A stretch of DNA of 64,000 bases from the NCBI GenBank assembly GCA_044229975.1, contig JBGARZ010000002.1:768001-832000 (forward strand), written 5' to 3'. The position numbers were made by a program, and so were the translations under genes. Of the stretch, positions 1-10,652 are shown one piece after another. Origin of the DNA: Polyangiales bacterium (GTDB taxonomy: Bacteria > Myxococcota_A > Polyangia > Polyangiales > Ga0077539). Position 1 is the first letter of the stretch. Every line of letters begins with the position of its first letter. The notes under the pieces were generated by a model. It was given only the letters and a program-made list of their open reading frames with translations, made no database searches and was not told where the DNA came from.

Positions 1-10
1 CTCGGCGTGG

Positions 11-280
11 ATGCTGGGACCCACCGTCGAAGACGCCGCGCGGGACGAGCTCGCCCGTCGGACGACGTTGAGCCCCGCGCTGGTTGGCGACCTCCGCGAC
101 CTCGTCGCGGCCCGATGCAACATGGATGAAGAGGCGACGATCCTCGCCTCGGTCGCGGTGCGGCGAGCGGTGTGGGAGGCGCTGCGATCGATGCCGGGGC
201 GTCGCACGGTGCTCGCGCCTGACGAGCTCGGTGACGCGGTCGCGATCACCGTGCTCGGCGTGCTCGATCCGATGCTGTGA
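11..280 (+). CDS. hypothetical protein, probably 5'-truncated by the window edge
   Basis: GC3-rich frame open back to the window start; stop at 278-280 converges on the next gene; no motif recognised. Confidence 0.5.
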   Translation: MLGPTVEDAARDELARRTTLSPALVGDLRDLVAARCNMDEEATILASVAVRRAVWEALRSMPGRRTVLAPDELGDAVAITVLGVLDPML

Positions 281-301
281 GAGGGAGAAGAACGGGCGGG
301 A

Positions 302-1501
302 TCAGTATCCGCGGCGCATCACGACAGGGGCGCCGTTTTCGATCTCGCGAGCGCTGAGGTTCACGAGGCACACCGCGGTGCGCGGATGCACGGCCACCAC
401 CATCAGCTCACCCGCGACTTCCACCGGGAGCTCCTCGTTGGGGCGCTGGTTGTCCGCCTCGGGGGGATAGTCGACCGTGCCGTCGCCGTCGCGGTCGATC
501 TCCTGCACCCGGATGCGGCGGCTCTGGTTCTCGACCGACACCCGCCACGGGTCGCCGCGCTGGGTCAGGAACAACCGATTGCCGAGGCGCAGGCCGTCCT
601 GCGAGCCGCGGTCGATGATGACCACGAAGTTGTTGCCCACGATCTCGCGCGGGGTCGGGGTCGCGACGACGTGCGCCGTGAGGTCGCGGTCGTTGGGCGT
701 CGGCGGCACCGGGAGAAACTGCCGCTGGATCACGGCCACACGCTCACCGCGCTCGATGGGTTCGAGCGACTCGGTGATGCGCGCCGTGGCGATGTGCCGA
801 CGAGCGTCCCAGGCGTCGACGATGACCGTGCCCAGCACACGCACCACGCGGCCCGAGTCGCGGTCCGAACCGCTGGTCTCCTGGGCGTTGGAGTAGATGG
901 TGTACGTCTCGCCGACGTTGGGCGCGCGGCGCGGAAACTCGATGTACGCCTGGTCGCCTTCCGACAGGAGCATGTTGTCCTCGGGCGCGCCCACGATGGC
1001 GCCCGAGGCCGAGGTCTCCTCCGCCGTCGCCCACGCCTCCTCGCGGAGGAACACCGTCCCCCGCGGGTAGCGCGAGCGACCACCGTTCACCACGACGCCA
1101 CGCGGCGTGGAGATGATGGACGTCGACGGCGTGCCCGCGGTCACCTCATTGGGCAGCAGCAGCCGCACCTGGTCGCGCGGGAAGATCCAGTGGGGGTTGG
1201 TGATCTGCGGGTTGCGCGCCCACACCCGCGGCCAGTACCAGGGGTTTTCGAAGTAGTACCCGGAGATATCCCACAGGGTATCTCCGGAATTTACGACGTG
1301 AAACTCCGGGACGAACCCCCCGCTGCGCTGCGCGGGGCTCGCCGTGCCCGACGAGAGGGTGATCGTCGAGCGCGGTCGCGACCCTACGGTCGCGGGCGTC
1401 GCGCCATCGTTCACCGTCACCTGCGCGCTCGCGATCGTCGGCACTGCCAGAACGGTCGCGACCCACGGCCATCGCCAGAAGAACCTCATCGTCAATCTCA
1501 C
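302..1501 (-). CDS. tsaP: LysM peptidoglycan-binding protein, TsaP-like (type IV pilus secretin-associated)
   Basis: Signal peptide (…IASA/Q); LysM HVVNSGDTLWDISGYYFENPWYWPRVWARNPQITNPHWIFP; beta-rich C-terminal part; close to dprA; GTG start overlaps the cpoB stop. Confidence 0.75.
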   Translation of the reverse strand: MRLTMRFFWRWPWVATVLAVPTIASAQVTVNDGATPATVGSRPRSTITLSSGTASPAQRSGGFVPEFHVVNSGDTLWDISGYYFENPWYWPRVWARNPQITNPHWIFPRDQVRLLLPNEVTAGTPSTSIISTPRGVVVNGGRSRYPRGTVFLREEAWATAEETSASGAIVGAPEDNMLLSEGDQAYIEFPRRAPNVGETYTIYSNAQETSGSDRDSGRVVRVLGTVIVDAWDARRHIATARITESLEPIERGERVAVIQRQFLPVPPTPNDRDLTAHVVATPTPREIVGNNFVVIIDRGSQDGLRLGNRLFLTQRGDPWRVSVENQSRRIRVQEIDRDGDGTVDYPPEADNQRPNEELPVEVAGELMVVAVHPRTAVCLVNLSAREIENGAPVVMRRGY

Positions 1502-2427
1502 CTCTCATCGCGAAGCCGACGCGCGGCCTCGGAGTCTGGATGCTCGGTCAACAGTCGTCGGCCGGCCTGCTCGGCCCCGGCCGCGTCGCCCGCGCGCAGG
1601 AGCGCCGTGCGCAGCGTGAAGAGCGCGTCGGGCACCTTGTTGCCCACGGGAAATCTCTCCAACAGCCCCTGGAGTTCACGGACCCCGCGGGCGCCATCAC
1701 CAGAGCGCAGGAAGCACTCGGCCCGCCAGTACATCGCGTTGTCCGCGTGGGGGTGCGCGGGCCAGCGCACGAGGAAGCCCGCGAAGGATTCCACCGCCTC
1801 GGTGCAGCGCCCCGAGCGCGCCATGGCCAGGGCCTCGTCGTAGGCGGTCGCCGCGCGCGGATCGAGGGTGCCCGAGCCGACATCGACGACGGGCATCACG
1901 GCGTGGCCGTTGCGCGGAGGCGTGATGCCTGCGGGCGGTGGCGCCGTGACGGGAGGAGCCGTCGTCGGAGCGCGCGGCGCGGCGCCCGGAGGCGGCGGCG
2001 GAGCGACGGGCACCACCGGAAGGCGCTCGTTGGCGTGGACCACGAAGGGCTCGCGCTCGGGTATGCGCTCGTTGCGGGAGATGCGCACCGCGGGAAGGTT
2101 GGACTCGTCGGGGGCTTCGACGTCGCCCTCCCCCGCGCGCACCGACGTGCTGTCGACGCGGATGGGCTCGATGCGCGAAGGCTCCGCGCCGAGCCGGATG
2201 GTCGCCTGATGTGAGTCGCGCGCCACGACGGCGCGGCGCGCCTGCTGGGCTGCGTCTTCGGTCAGCACGACGCGGTGCTGAAGGAGGTCGAGCGCCGACG
2301 CCTGCCGCTCCTGCTCGCTGCGCATGCGGCGCATCTCGTTCTCCATGCGGGTCAGGGTGGCGCTGGTGTTGGCGCTGCATCCCCATCCGGCGAGCGAGAG
2401 CGTGAGCGCGAGTGCCTTGGTTCGCAT
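1498..2427 (-). CDS. cpoB: Tol-Pal/cell-division coordinator CpoB (YbgF)-like TPR lipoprotein
   Basis: Lipobox-like LAGWGC, coiled coil, Pro-rich linker, TPRs AVESFAGFLVRWPAHPHADNAMYWRAE and FPVGNKVPDAL…HPDSEAA. Confidence 0.8.
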   Translation of the reverse strand: MRTKALALTLSLAGWGCSANTSATLTRMENEMRRMRSEQERQASALDLLQHRVVLTEDAAQQARRAVVARDSHQATIRLGAEPSRIEPIRVDSTSVRAGEGDVEAPDESNLPAVRISRNERIPEREPFVVHANERLPVVPVAPPPPPGAAPRAPTTAPPVTAPPPAGITPPRNGHAVMPVVDVGSGTLDPRAATAYDEALAMARSGRCTEAVESFAGFLVRWPAHPHADNAMYWRAECFLRSGDGARGVRELQGLLERFPVGNKVPDALFTLRTALLRAGDAAGAEQAGRRLLTEHPDSEAARRLRDER

Positions 2428-2515
2428 GGTCACGGCGAGCCTAGAGCGGACCGTGGTGCGCCGCCAAGAAAGTGCCGCACGCAACCTCACTCAATCGTCC
2501 GTCGACAACGCTCCC

Positions 2516-3457
2516 ATGTCCGACCCAACCCCCTACGCCCCCCTCTCGCTCCCCGTCGCCGGCCGCCTCGACCCACGATGGGACCCCCTCTGGATCCACG
2601 GCGATCCCTCAGCCCTCGCCCCTCCCCTCGTCGCCATCATCGGAACCCGCATGCCCGACCCCGCGGCGCGCGCGCTCGCCCACGCCCTCGCCCGCGACCT
2701 CTGCCTCCGCGGCATCCAGGTGCTCTCCGGCGGTGCGCTTGGCATCGACGCCGCCGCTCACCAAGGAGCGCTTGACGGCAAGGGACGCACGGCGGTGGTG
2801 CTCCCGTGCGGGCTCCAGCATTGGTACCCGCGACGTCACGGAAGTCTGTACCGCGCCATCATCGAGTCGGGCGGCGCGCTCGTGTCGCAGTTTCCTCCAG
2901 AGACCCCGCCGACCCAGTGGACCTTCCCCCGACGCAACGAGCTCGTCGCCGCACTCGCGGACATCGTGGTGGTCGTCCAGGCGCCCGATCCGTCCGGGGC
3001 ACTCATCGCGGCGGAGGCGGCACGACGAGCGGGCAGGCGACTGATGGCGGTGCCAGCATCACCGTTCGATCGACGGGCGCGAGGCAACGTCCGTCTCCTG
3101 CGTGCCGGCGCGCGCCCCTGCGTGACGGCCGACGATGTGTTGGCGATGCTCTCCGAAACAGAGGGTGATCTCTTCGCGCGCGACGCCTCACGTGCGCGCT
3201 CGTCACGCACGCAGACGACGCACCCGCGGACACCGGAGCGCGTGCCCGCGCGCCCGCGAGGCCCCGACCCGCTCACGCTGGACGAGGCCGGATCGCTCGT
3301 GTACGAAGCGCTCGCCGCCGGGCCGCGGCACATCGAAGAGGTGGCGCGCGCGGCGGCCATGACGACCTCGCGAGTGCAGCAGGTTCTCTTGACGCTCGTG
3401 CTGGCAGGATTCATCGAAGACCGCGGCGGAGGGATGTTCACCCGCGCAGATGCGTAA
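2516..3457 (+). CDS. dprA: DNA-processing protein DprA
   Basis: VAIIGTR, LSGGALGIDAAAH, FPRRNELVA, SGALIAA motifs; C-terminal winged helix; start trimmed to ATG 2516. Confidence 0.92.
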   Translation: MSDPTPYAPLSLPVAGRLDPRWDPLWIHGDPSALAPPLVAIIGTRMPDPAARALAHALARDLCLRGIQVLSGGALGIDAAAHQGALDGKGRTAVVLPCGLQHWYPRRHGSLYRAIIESGGALVSQFPPETPPTQWTFPRRNELVAALADIVVVVQAPDPSGALIAAEAARRAGRRLMAVPASPFDRRARGNVRLLRAGARPCVTADDVLAMLSETEGDLFARDASRARSSRTQTTHPRTPERVPARPRGPDPLTLDEAGSLVYEALAAGPRHIEEVARAAAMTTSRVQQVLLTLVLAGFIEDRGGGMFTRADA

Positions 3458-3494
3458 GGGTGTAACCCCTCTCCCCCGTTCGTAAGGAGCAACG

Positions 3495-5975
3495 ATGTCG
3501 AAGGCGCTGATCATCGTAGAGTCACCGGCGAAGGCCAAGACGATCCAGAAGTACCTGGGGAAGGACTTCGAGGTGCTCGCGAGCAAGGGGCACATCCGCG
3601 ATCTGCCCAAGTCGGGCCTGCAGGTGGACGTCGAGAAGGACTACGAGCCCCACTACGAGGTGCTCGACGACCACAAGTCGCTCGTGACGGACATGCGTCG
3701 CGCAGCGAAGGAAGCCGACGAGATCTTCCTCGCGCCCGACCCCGACCGCGAGGGCGAGGCCATCGCGTGGCACATCGCCCACGAGCTGCGCTCGGCGAAG
3801 AAGCCGATGCACCGCGTGGAGTTTCACGAGATCACCAAGAAGGGTGTGCAGCTCGGACTCGCCAACCCCCACGAGGTTAACCAGAACCGCTTCAAGGCCC
3901 AGCAGGCGCGGCGCATCCTCGACCGCCTCATCGGCTACGAGCTGTCGCCGGTGCTGTGGAAGCGCCTCTGCCGCCAGGTCAACGGGCACTACCTCTCGGC
4001 GGGGCGTGTGCAGTCCGCAGCACTGCGACTCATCGTCGATCGCGAGGACGAGATCCTCGCCTTCAAGCCGCAGGAGTTCTGGCCCGTGGGCGTCGAGCTC
4101 CTCGGGAAGAAGCAGCCGACCTTCCGCGCGAGCCTCATCGAGAGCGACGGTCGCAAGCTCGTCACGCCGACCCGCGAGCGCACCCCGAAGGCGGGCGACT
4201 ATGTCCTCGCCAACGCGGCCGACGCTGCGGCGGTCGCTGCCGACCTGAAGAGCGCGCGCTTCAAGGTGGCCAGCGTCGAGCGCAAAGAGCGTCGTCGTCG
4301 GGCGCCGCCGCCGTACATCACGTCGTCGCTCCAGCGCGACGCGTCGAGCCGTCTCGGGTTCTCGGCCTCGCGCACGATGCAGAACGCGCAGCGGCTCTAC
4401 GAGGGCATCGACGTCGGCGCCGAGGGGCCCGTCGGTCTCATCACCTATATGCGTACGGACTCGACCCGCATGAGCGCCGAGGCCGTGGACGGAGCGCGGA
4501 CCTATGTGGCGCAGCGCTTCGGCAAGGAGTTCGTCCCGGAGAAGCCCAACTTCTTCAAGACGAAGGGCAACGCGCAGGACGCCCACGAGGCCATCCGGCC
4601 GACGTCGATGGAGCTGCACCCCGACGCGATCAAGAAGTTCCTGAAGACCGACGAGTTCAAGGTGTACCGGCTCATCTGGGAGCGCTTCGTGTCATGCCAG
4701 ATGGCCGACGCGCTCTATGACCAGACGACGGTGACCATCGAGGCGGCAGGCGCGAAGAAGCACCTGCTGCGCGCGTCGGGTCAGGTGCTGAAGTTCGCCG
4801 GCTGGCTCGACGCCCAGGGCGCGAGCGAGCGGGCCGAAGAGGTCGCGGGCGAGGAGTCGGTGCGCGACGCCGCGGCCACCGGCGATGGCGACGAGGAGAA
4901 GACGCTCCCCGCGCTGACCGAGGGCGAGGCGCTCAACGTGGTCGACCCGCCGGGCATCGTGACGGAGCAGAAGTTCACGCAGCCCGCCGCCCGCTACAAC
5001 GAGGGCTCGCTGGTGAAGGCGCTGGAAGACCTCGGCATCGGGCGCCCCAGCACCTACGCCGAGATCGTGAGCAAGGTGCTCTCGCGCGACTACGTGCAGA
5101 AGCAGGACAAGCAGCTCGTTCCGACGAAGCTGGGCACCACGAAGACGCACGGTCTCCAGGCGCGCTTCCCGACGGTGGTGGACTACGAGTTCACCGCGAA
5201 GATCGAGAAGGACCTCGACGCCGTGGAGTCGGGCGAGGCCGACTGGGTGAAGCTGGTCGACGCGATCTACAAGCCCTTCAAGAAGATCGTCGTCGCCGAG
5301 ATGAGCGCCAAGGAGCCCGGCGAGGGCTGGCCGCGCGCCGAGCCGTCGGACCGCATCTGCGACAAGTGCGGCTCCGCGATGGTCAAGCGCTGGGGGCCCA
5401 ACAGCAACTACTACGCGTGCACGGCGTACCCGAAGTGCAAGAACATCGTCGACGAGAACCCCGCGGCGCCGCCCGAGATCTACGCCGACCGCAAGTGCCC
5501 CAAGTGCGGGCGCGACCTGCTGGTGAAGACCCGTCGCGGCACCGACGAGCAGTTCTTGTCGTGCAGTGGCTGGCGCAAGAAGGAGCCGCTCTGCGACTAC
5601 ACCGCGCCGATGCCCATCGGCATCCGCTGCCCGAAGTGCAGCGACGGTGAGGTCATCAAGGTCGGCGCCGCCAAGGGCCGCCGCCCGTTCTGGGGTTGCA
5701 GCAACTACGCGACCGACCTCAAGTGCGACTTCCGGTTGTTCCAGGCGCCCGTGAAGGAGCCGTGCCCGCAGTGCGGCGCGACCTTCCTGGTGCAGGCCGG
5801 CGGCAAGTCGCGCCCGGTGCTCAAGTGCCTCACCGAGGGCTGCGGCTTCGAGCGTCCGCTCGCGGGCGACGGCGGCGACGACGACGGCGGCGAAGAGGCA
5901 CCGGCGCCGACGAAGTTCCGCGGCGGCGCGAAGAAGAAGCCCGCGGGCAAGTCCGGCTCCGACGCGAGCGCCTGA
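3495..5975 (+). CDS. topA: DNA topoisomerase I with four C-terminal zinc ribbons
   Basis: [37 protein letters not shown] (catalytic Tyr), [16 protein letters not shown] upstream. Confidence 0.98.
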   Translation: MSKALIIVESPAKAKTIQKYLGKDFEVLASKGHIRDLPKSGLQVDVEKDYEPHYEVLDDHKSLVTDMRRAAKEADEIFLAPDPDREGEAIAWHIAHELRSAKKPMHRVEFHEITKKGVQLGLANPHEVNQNRFKAQQARRILDRLIGYELSPVLWKRLCRQVNGHYLSAGRVQSAALRLIVDREDEILAFKPQEFWPVGVELLGKKQPTFRASLIESDGRKLVTPTRERTPKAGDYVLANAADAAAVAADLKSARFKVASVERKERRRRAPPPYITSSLQRDASSRLGFSASRTMQNAQRLYEGIDVGAEGPVGLITYMRTDSTRMSAEAVDGARTYVAQRFGKEFVPEKPNFFKTKGNAQDAHEAIRPTSMELHPDAIKKFLKTDEFKVYRLIWERFVSCQMADALYDQTTVTIEAAGAKKHLLRASGQVLKFAGWLDAQGASERAEEVAGEESVRDAAATGDGDEEKTLPALTEGEALNVVDPPGIVTEQKFTQPAARYNEGSLVKALEDLGIGRPSTYAEIVSKVLSRDYVQKQDKQLVPTKLGTTKTHGLQARFPTVVDYEFTAKIEKDLDAVESGEADWVKLVDAIYKPFKKIVVAEMSAKEPGEGWPRAEPSDRICDKCGSAMVKRWGPNSNYYACTAYPKCKNIVDENPAAPPEIYADRKCPKCGRDLLVKTRRGTDEQFLSCSGWRKKEPLCDYTAPMPIGIRCPKCSDGEVIKVGAAKGRRPFWGCSNYATDLKCDFRLFQAPVKEPCPQCGATFLVQAGGKSRPVLKCLTEGCGFERPLAGDGGDDDGGEEAPAPTKFRGGAKKKPAGKSGSDASA

Positions 5976-6009
5976 CCCTCCACTCCCCTCTCAGGAACCT
6001 CTTATCCCC

Positions 6010-7413
6010 ATGACGGATCGCAGCGCGGTGACGGTCGTCGGCGGCGGCCTCGCCGGGTGCGAGGCAGCCTGGCAGCTCGCTTGTCGTGGCGTCCCCGTCG
6101 CGCTCATCGAGCAGAAGCCGCACAGGCGCACCGCCGCGCAGAACGGCGACGCTCTCGCGGAGCTTGTGTGTTCCAACTCCCTCCGCGGGGCGGCGCTCTC
6201 CAACGCCGTCGGTCTTCTCAAGGAAGAGCTGCGCCGCGCGGGCTCGCTCATCATCACGGCGGCCGACCTCACGGCCGTGCCGGCGGGCGGGGCGCTCGCG
6301 GTCGACCGTGATCGCTTCAGCGCGACCATCACCGCCGCCATCGACGGGCACCCGCTCATCGAGCGCATCGCCGCCGAGGTGACGGAGATTCCGCCGGGGC
6401 GCCCGGTCATCCTCGCGACGGGTCCGCTCACGGGCGACGCCCTCGCGCAGGACCTTGTGCGCGCCCTCGGCGAAGACCAGCTCGCGTACTACGACGCCAT
6501 CGCGCCCATCGTGTCGGCGGAGTCGATCGACGCGGAGAAGACCTTCCGCCAGTCGCGCTACGACAAGGGCGGCGACGACGCGTACATCAACTGCCCGATG
6601 AGCGCCGAGGAGTACTACGCGTTCATCGAGGCGATGATCGCGGCCGAGAAGGTCGCGCCGCGGGCCTTCGAAGAGGCGCGCTACTTCGAAGGATGCCTGC
6701 CCGTCGAGGTCATGGCCTCGCGCGGCAAGGACACCCTCGCCTACGGTCCCATGAAGCCCGTCGGGCTCGTCGACCCGCGCACTGGCAAGTCACCTCACGC
6801 GGTGGTGCAGCTCCGGCAGGAGGACTTCGCCGCGACGGCCTACAACCTCGTCGGGTTCCAGACGCGCATGACCTACGGGTCGCAGGCGCAGGTGTTCAAG
6901 ATGATCCCCGGCCTCGAAGCGGCGGAGTTTCTCCGCTTCGGGTCGGTGCATCGCAACACCTTCGTCAACGCGCCACGCGTGCTCACGCCGACCATGGAGC
7001 TCAAGGCGCTGCCGGGAGTCTTCCTCGCGGGTCAGATCACCGGCGTCGAGGGCTACGTCGAGAGCGCGGGCGGCGGCTTCGTCTGCGCGATCCTCCTGGC
7101 TCAGCAGCTACGCGGCGCGACGGTGACGCCCCCTCCAGTGACCACGGCGCTCGGCGGCCTGCTCACGCACCTTCAGACGCCGCGCGACGACTTCCAGCCG
7201 AGCAATCTCACGTGGGCGCTGCTACCGCCGGTGACCGATCCGAAGGTGAAGAAGCTGCCCAAGCGCGAGCGCCTCGAACGTGGTTCGCAGCGGGCGCTCG
7301 ACGACCTCGCCGGGTGGTTGCCTGCGGTGGCGGAGGGGTTCGTCGCACGCACCATCAGCGCGGTGGAGCCGACGGTCTCGACGCTCCCGTCGGCGCGCTG
7401 CGCGACGGACTGA
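6010..7413 (+). CDS. trmFO: methylenetetrahydrofolate-tRNA-(uracil-5)-methyltransferase TrmFO
   Basis: [48 protein letters not shown]; typical position after topA. Confidence 0.97.
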   Translation: MTDRSAVTVVGGGLAGCEAAWQLACRGVPVALIEQKPHRRTAAQNGDALAELVCSNSLRGAALSNAVGLLKEELRRAGSLIITAADLTAVPAGGALAVDRDRFSATITAAIDGHPLIERIAAEVTEIPPGRPVILATGPLTGDALAQDLVRALGEDQLAYYDAIAPIVSAESIDAEKTFRQSRYDKGGDDAYINCPMSAEEYYAFIEAMIAAEKVAPRAFEEARYFEGCLPVEVMASRGKDTLAYGPMKPVGLVDPRTGKSPHAVVQLRQEDFAATAYNLVGFQTRMTYGSQAQVFKMIPGLEAAEFLRFGSVHRNTFVNAPRVLTPTMELKALPGVFLAGQITGVEGYVESAGGGFVCAILLAQQLRGATVTPPPVTTALGGLLTHLQTPRDDFQPSNLTWALLPPVTDPKVKKLPKRERLERGSQRALDDLAGWLPAVAEGFVARTISAVEPTVSTLPSARCATD

Positions 7414-7416
7414 TTG

Positions 7417-8754
7417 TCACTCCTGCGGGGGCGCGCCATCGCGCGGACACGTCCAGCGATGGAGCTGATCGTGGCCATCGAGCGCGACGAGCGCGCGTCC
7501 AACCCAGGCCATCGGCGGGTTCCAGCTCGGGTGGTTCTCGCGTCCAGCGAGGCCCGACAGCGAGAGCGGAACCCAGCGCGACAAGTCCATCGAGGTGCCC
7601 GGCGCAGTGGGGTCGAGCTCGATGTTGCCGCCGCGCCACGCGACGCGCAGCACCGGGTGATGTCCGACGCAGCGCCAGGTGCGCTCCGTGACGACCGGCC
7701 AGCGCACGACTTCGGGATCGTCGCCCGGTCGGGGGCGCGTCGGCGATCGACGGTTTGGTGAGGTGACCCGCACGACCACGCGAGGCTGGACGGCTTCGGG
7801 GGAGCGCTCCTCGCCGAGCGCCACGAGCGCGCCGTCGCTCCACGCGAGGGTGCCGGTCGTCCAGTCGGTGAGGGTGTCGAACATCGCCGCCGGGAGCGAC
7901 GCCACGCCAGCGCCCGGCGCCCGCACGAGCGACGTGTGGAGGACGTTGCGAACGGCGTCGGCGCCGTAGAGGTAGACGAGGTCGTCGCCGACGCGCACGA
8001 GCCCTTGGGGTTCGAGCGAGGGCGTCCCGGTCGAGTCGTGGCGCACACGTCGCGAGGTTCCGTCGGAGGCGACGGAGAACACCGACCACGTCGCGCACCG
8101 CATCGTCCCCTGCGGGCATGCCTCTTCGGCGTCGGTCGCGAGAACGAACAGAGTCCCGTCGGGCCCCGCGGCGACCTCGACGTGGGAGCGCACCCATCCC
8201 CGCCCGTTGCCGTTGCTGCGGGGGACGGCCGCACCGCGGTTTACCACCAGCGGTAAACCGACCGGCGCGAGGGAGGCGTCGAGGGAGAGCACCGACAGCT
8301 CGCGGGTGCCACCGCCGCGGTCGGCCGACTCGTCATTGCGCTCGGCGCCTTCGCCGACGTGGGCGATCCACGCGACGCGCACGCCATCCGTCACCGACGT
8401 GGCCGAGAGGGACAGCACGTTGCCCGTGACCCGCCGCAATCGCGCCCGCCGCCCGACGGCCATGCCGTCAGCGTCGAGAGGCTGCACGAGGAGGTCCGTC
8501 GCGTTGACCTGCGGGTCGAAGCACGCGTCGACGACCGCGCCGCCGGTCGCGGTGGCGATCACGGTCGCCGGATGGCAGTAGCCGTCGGGAACGCGCTGTT
8601 CCTCGGTGTCGGCATCGGGACGGGCGGCGCTCGGACCGGCGTCGGCGGCGCGCCGTTGGAGCACAGAGACGGCCCGCGGGACCGCATCGGGCGTGCGGTC
8701 ACACGCAGCGAGGAGCCCGATGACGATCCATGGAGTCGGCGCGGTCAGTCTCAC
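7417..8754 (-). CDS. hypothetical lipoprotein with beta-repeat motifs
   Basis: LLAAC lipobox; repeated (L/V)xxLDxxG-like units; fills the gap between trmFO and the VOC gene. Confidence 0.6.
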   Translation of the reverse strand: MRLTAPTPWIVIGLLAACDRTPDAVPRAVSVLQRRAADAGPSAARPDADTEEQRVPDGYCHPATVIATATGGAVVDACFDPQVNATDLLVQPLDADGMAVGRRARLRRVTGNVLSLSATSVTDGVRVAWIAHVGEGAERNDESADRGGGTRELSVLSLDASLAPVGLPLVVNRGAAVPRSNGNGRGWVRSHVEVAAGPDGTLFVLATDAEEACPQGTMRCATWSVFSVASDGTSRRVRHDSTGTPSLEPQGLVRVGDDLVYLYGADAVRNVLHTSLVRAPGAGVASLPAAMFDTLTDWTTGTLAWSDGALVALGEERSPEAVQPRVVVRVTSPNRRSPTRPRPGDDPEVVRWPVVTERTWRCVGHHPVLRVAWRGGNIELDPTAPGTSMDLSRWVPLSLSGLAGRENHPSWNPPMAWVGRALVALDGHDQLHRWTCPRDGAPPQE

Positions 8755-8797
8755 GGCGATGAGGTGAGTACCTCATCCGCCGCGGGTCGTGTGGGTG

Positions 8798-9403
8798 TCA
8801 GGCGAAGGCGGAGGAGAGCGACCAGCGATGACCGAAGGGGTCTTCGACGACGCCGTGGCAGCGCCCCGGCCCGATGTCCTGAAGGGCCTGGAGGATGCGA
8901 GCGCCCGACTGCACGGCGCGGAGGAAGAATGCTTCGACGCCGTCGACCGCGAGGTGGAGCGTGACGGGCGTTCCGCCGAGGTTGGCCGGGGAGGCAGAGC
9001 GGCCGAAGCGGAGCTCGGGGAGGTCGTCGCAGATCACCATGGAGACACCGCCGATGGCGACGGCGACCCAGCCCACGCGTCCATCGATCTGGGCTTCGCG
9101 ATAGGTCTCGGTCGCGCCAAAGGCCCGCTCGTAGAAGGCAAGCGCGGCGTCGGCGTCGTGGACGACGAGGTGGGGCGCGAGGCTGACGACGGTCGGGACG
9201 GGGGTGAGGCGCGGCAAGGCGCTCCAGCGGGAAGGCGTGCTCAGGTCGAACTCCAGAGACTCGGCGGAAGCAGGAGGGAGCGGCGGCGGTCGAGTAGGGG
9301 GCGCTTCGGCAACGAAGGCGGCGACGACGTCGGTCACGTCGGGCACGAACATCTCGGCGAAGAGGTCTTCGAGCAGATCCAGTTCATCACAGAGCAGCGA
9401 CAT
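8798..9403 (-). CDS. VOC/glyoxalase (PhnB-like) family protein with acidic/Pro-rich N-terminal extension
   Basis: LAPHLVVHDADAALAFYERAFGA…GVVEDPFGHRWSL; AAAGGAG SD upstream. Confidence 0.85.
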   Translation of the reverse strand: MSLLCDELDLLEDLFAEMFVPDVTDVVAAFVAEAPPTRPPPLPPASAESLEFDLSTPSRWSALPRLTPVPTVVSLAPHLVVHDADAALAFYERAFGATETYREAQIDGRVGWVAVAIGGVSMVICDDLPELRFGRSASPANLGGTPVTLHLAVDGVEAFFLRAVQSGARILQALQDIGPGRCHGVVEDPFGHRWSLSSAFA

Positions 9404-9487
9404 GGCCGTTCTCCTTTCGGGGGATAGGAAGGGCGAGCGGTGGGCTTGTCGGCAGCAGCAGTGACGATGGTTGCGTGAGAGACGATT

Positions 9488-10441
9488 TCAGTCGGACAGG
9501 GCGCGAATGACCGGGGACCAGAGCCAGAGCGCGGGGACGGCGAGGGCGATGGTGCTCATCACGATGGCGGCGGCGAGGCGTTCGTCGCAGCGCTCCTGGG
9601 CGGCGATGGCAGCGGCGATGACGGCCGCGGGCATGGACGACTGGAGCACCGACACCGCGATGGGTGCGCCGTGGAGGTGAAGCGCCCGCGCGAGGAGGAG
9701 CGCGACGACAGGCGAGAGCACGAACTTGATACCGAGGGAGACGAGCAGTGGCGTGCGCTGGCCGCGGAGAACAGACGGGTCGAGGCGCATGCCGAGGGCG
9801 AGGAAGACCAGCACGGAGGTCGAGGCGCCGACCCACTGGAGGAGCGAGAGAAGAGCGGCCGGGGTGTGCACGCCGCCGAGGTTGAGCGCGAGGCCGACGA
9901 TCACCGCGAGGGTCGCCGGGCGCAGGAGCACGTCACGAGCGCGAGGGGAGACGCCAGCCGCGCCACGGCGGTCGCCGAAGGCGTGGGCGATGGCGACGCC
10001 GACGGTCCAGAGGAGCGCGGTGGTGTCGATGGTGTCGATGAGGACGGCCGCCTGCGCGGCGTCGGCGCGCGTCGGGAAGAGCGCGCGCGTCACCGGGACG
10101 CCCAGGAAGCTCGTGTTGCAGAACGACGCGCAGAGCATCACGGCGCCGCGCACCGGGCGGCTCCAGCCCGCGAGGGTGGACAGCGCCCATGCCGCGCCGA
10201 TGCAGACGAAGAGCGCCGCCGTGCTGGGCACGAGCGACCACGCGACGGCGACGGTGAGGCGCTCGCGGAGGAGCACGTCGAGGGTGAGCGCCGGGAGCGT
10301 CACGTCGACGACGAGCGCGGTGAGCGCGGCGGCGGCCCGATCAGCGGGCACCCCGAGGCGACCCGTGCGACCGAGGAGCGCGCCGATGGCGACGAGGGCG
10401 AGCAGGCCGAGGAGCGTGGGGACGAGAGCCGCGACGGACAC
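9488..10441 (-). CDS. AEC (auxin efflux carrier) family membrane transporter
   Basis: About 10 hydrophobic segments; VTLPAL, NTSFLGVPV, KFVLSP, SSMPAA motifs. Confidence 0.88.
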   Translation of the reverse strand: MSVAALVPTLLGLLALVAIGALLGRTGRLGVPADRAAAALTALVVDVTLPALTLDVLLRERLTVAVAWSLVPSTAALFVCIGAAWALSTLAGWSRPVRGAVMLCASFCNTSFLGVPVTRALFPTRADAAQAAVLIDTIDTTALLWTVGVAIAHAFGDRRGAAGVSPRARDVLLRPATLAVIVGLALNLGGVHTPAALLSLLQWVGASTSVLVFLALGMRLDPSVLRGQRTPLLVSLGIKFVLSPVVALLLARALHLHGAPIAVSVLQSSMPAAVIAAAIAAQERCDERLAAAIVMSTIALAVPALWLWSPVIRALSD

Positions 10442-10453
10442 GGGCGCGGGCGC

Positions 10454-10618
10454 TCAGCGCTGGCGACGGTCGACGTAGAACATGTACCCGACGAGGCACG
10501 CGACACAGAAGACGACGATGCCCACGACGATGGCGACGAGCACGAGGGCGATGCGCGCGCCGGAGGGCGCGACGTAGTTCTCGCGGGTGGGCTGGAGGTC
10601 GTCGGAGGGGGCGCTCAC
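10454..10618 (-). CDS. 54-aa single-pass membrane protein (absent from the ORF track)
   Basis: GTG…TGA frame MSAPSDDLQPTRENYVAPSGARIALVLVAIVVGIVVFCVACLVGYMFYVDRRQR; GC3-rich; fills the gap between co-oriented genes. Confidence 0.65.
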   Translation of the reverse strand: MSAPSDDLQPTRENYVAPSGARIALVLVAIVVGIVVFCVACLVGYMFYVDRRQR

Positions 10619-10652
10619 GGCGGAAGGTATAGGTCCGCGCGAGGGGCCGCGG

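Noticed and set aside
2324..2515. Longer N-terminus of DprA in the ORF track; similar extensions on 10653-11822, 17477-19147, 25458-27536, 39648-41585, 50561-51796 and 53154-55679
   Set aside because: They overlap neighbouring genes and read as shadow sequence; downstream starts with SD or stop-start overlaps fit better.
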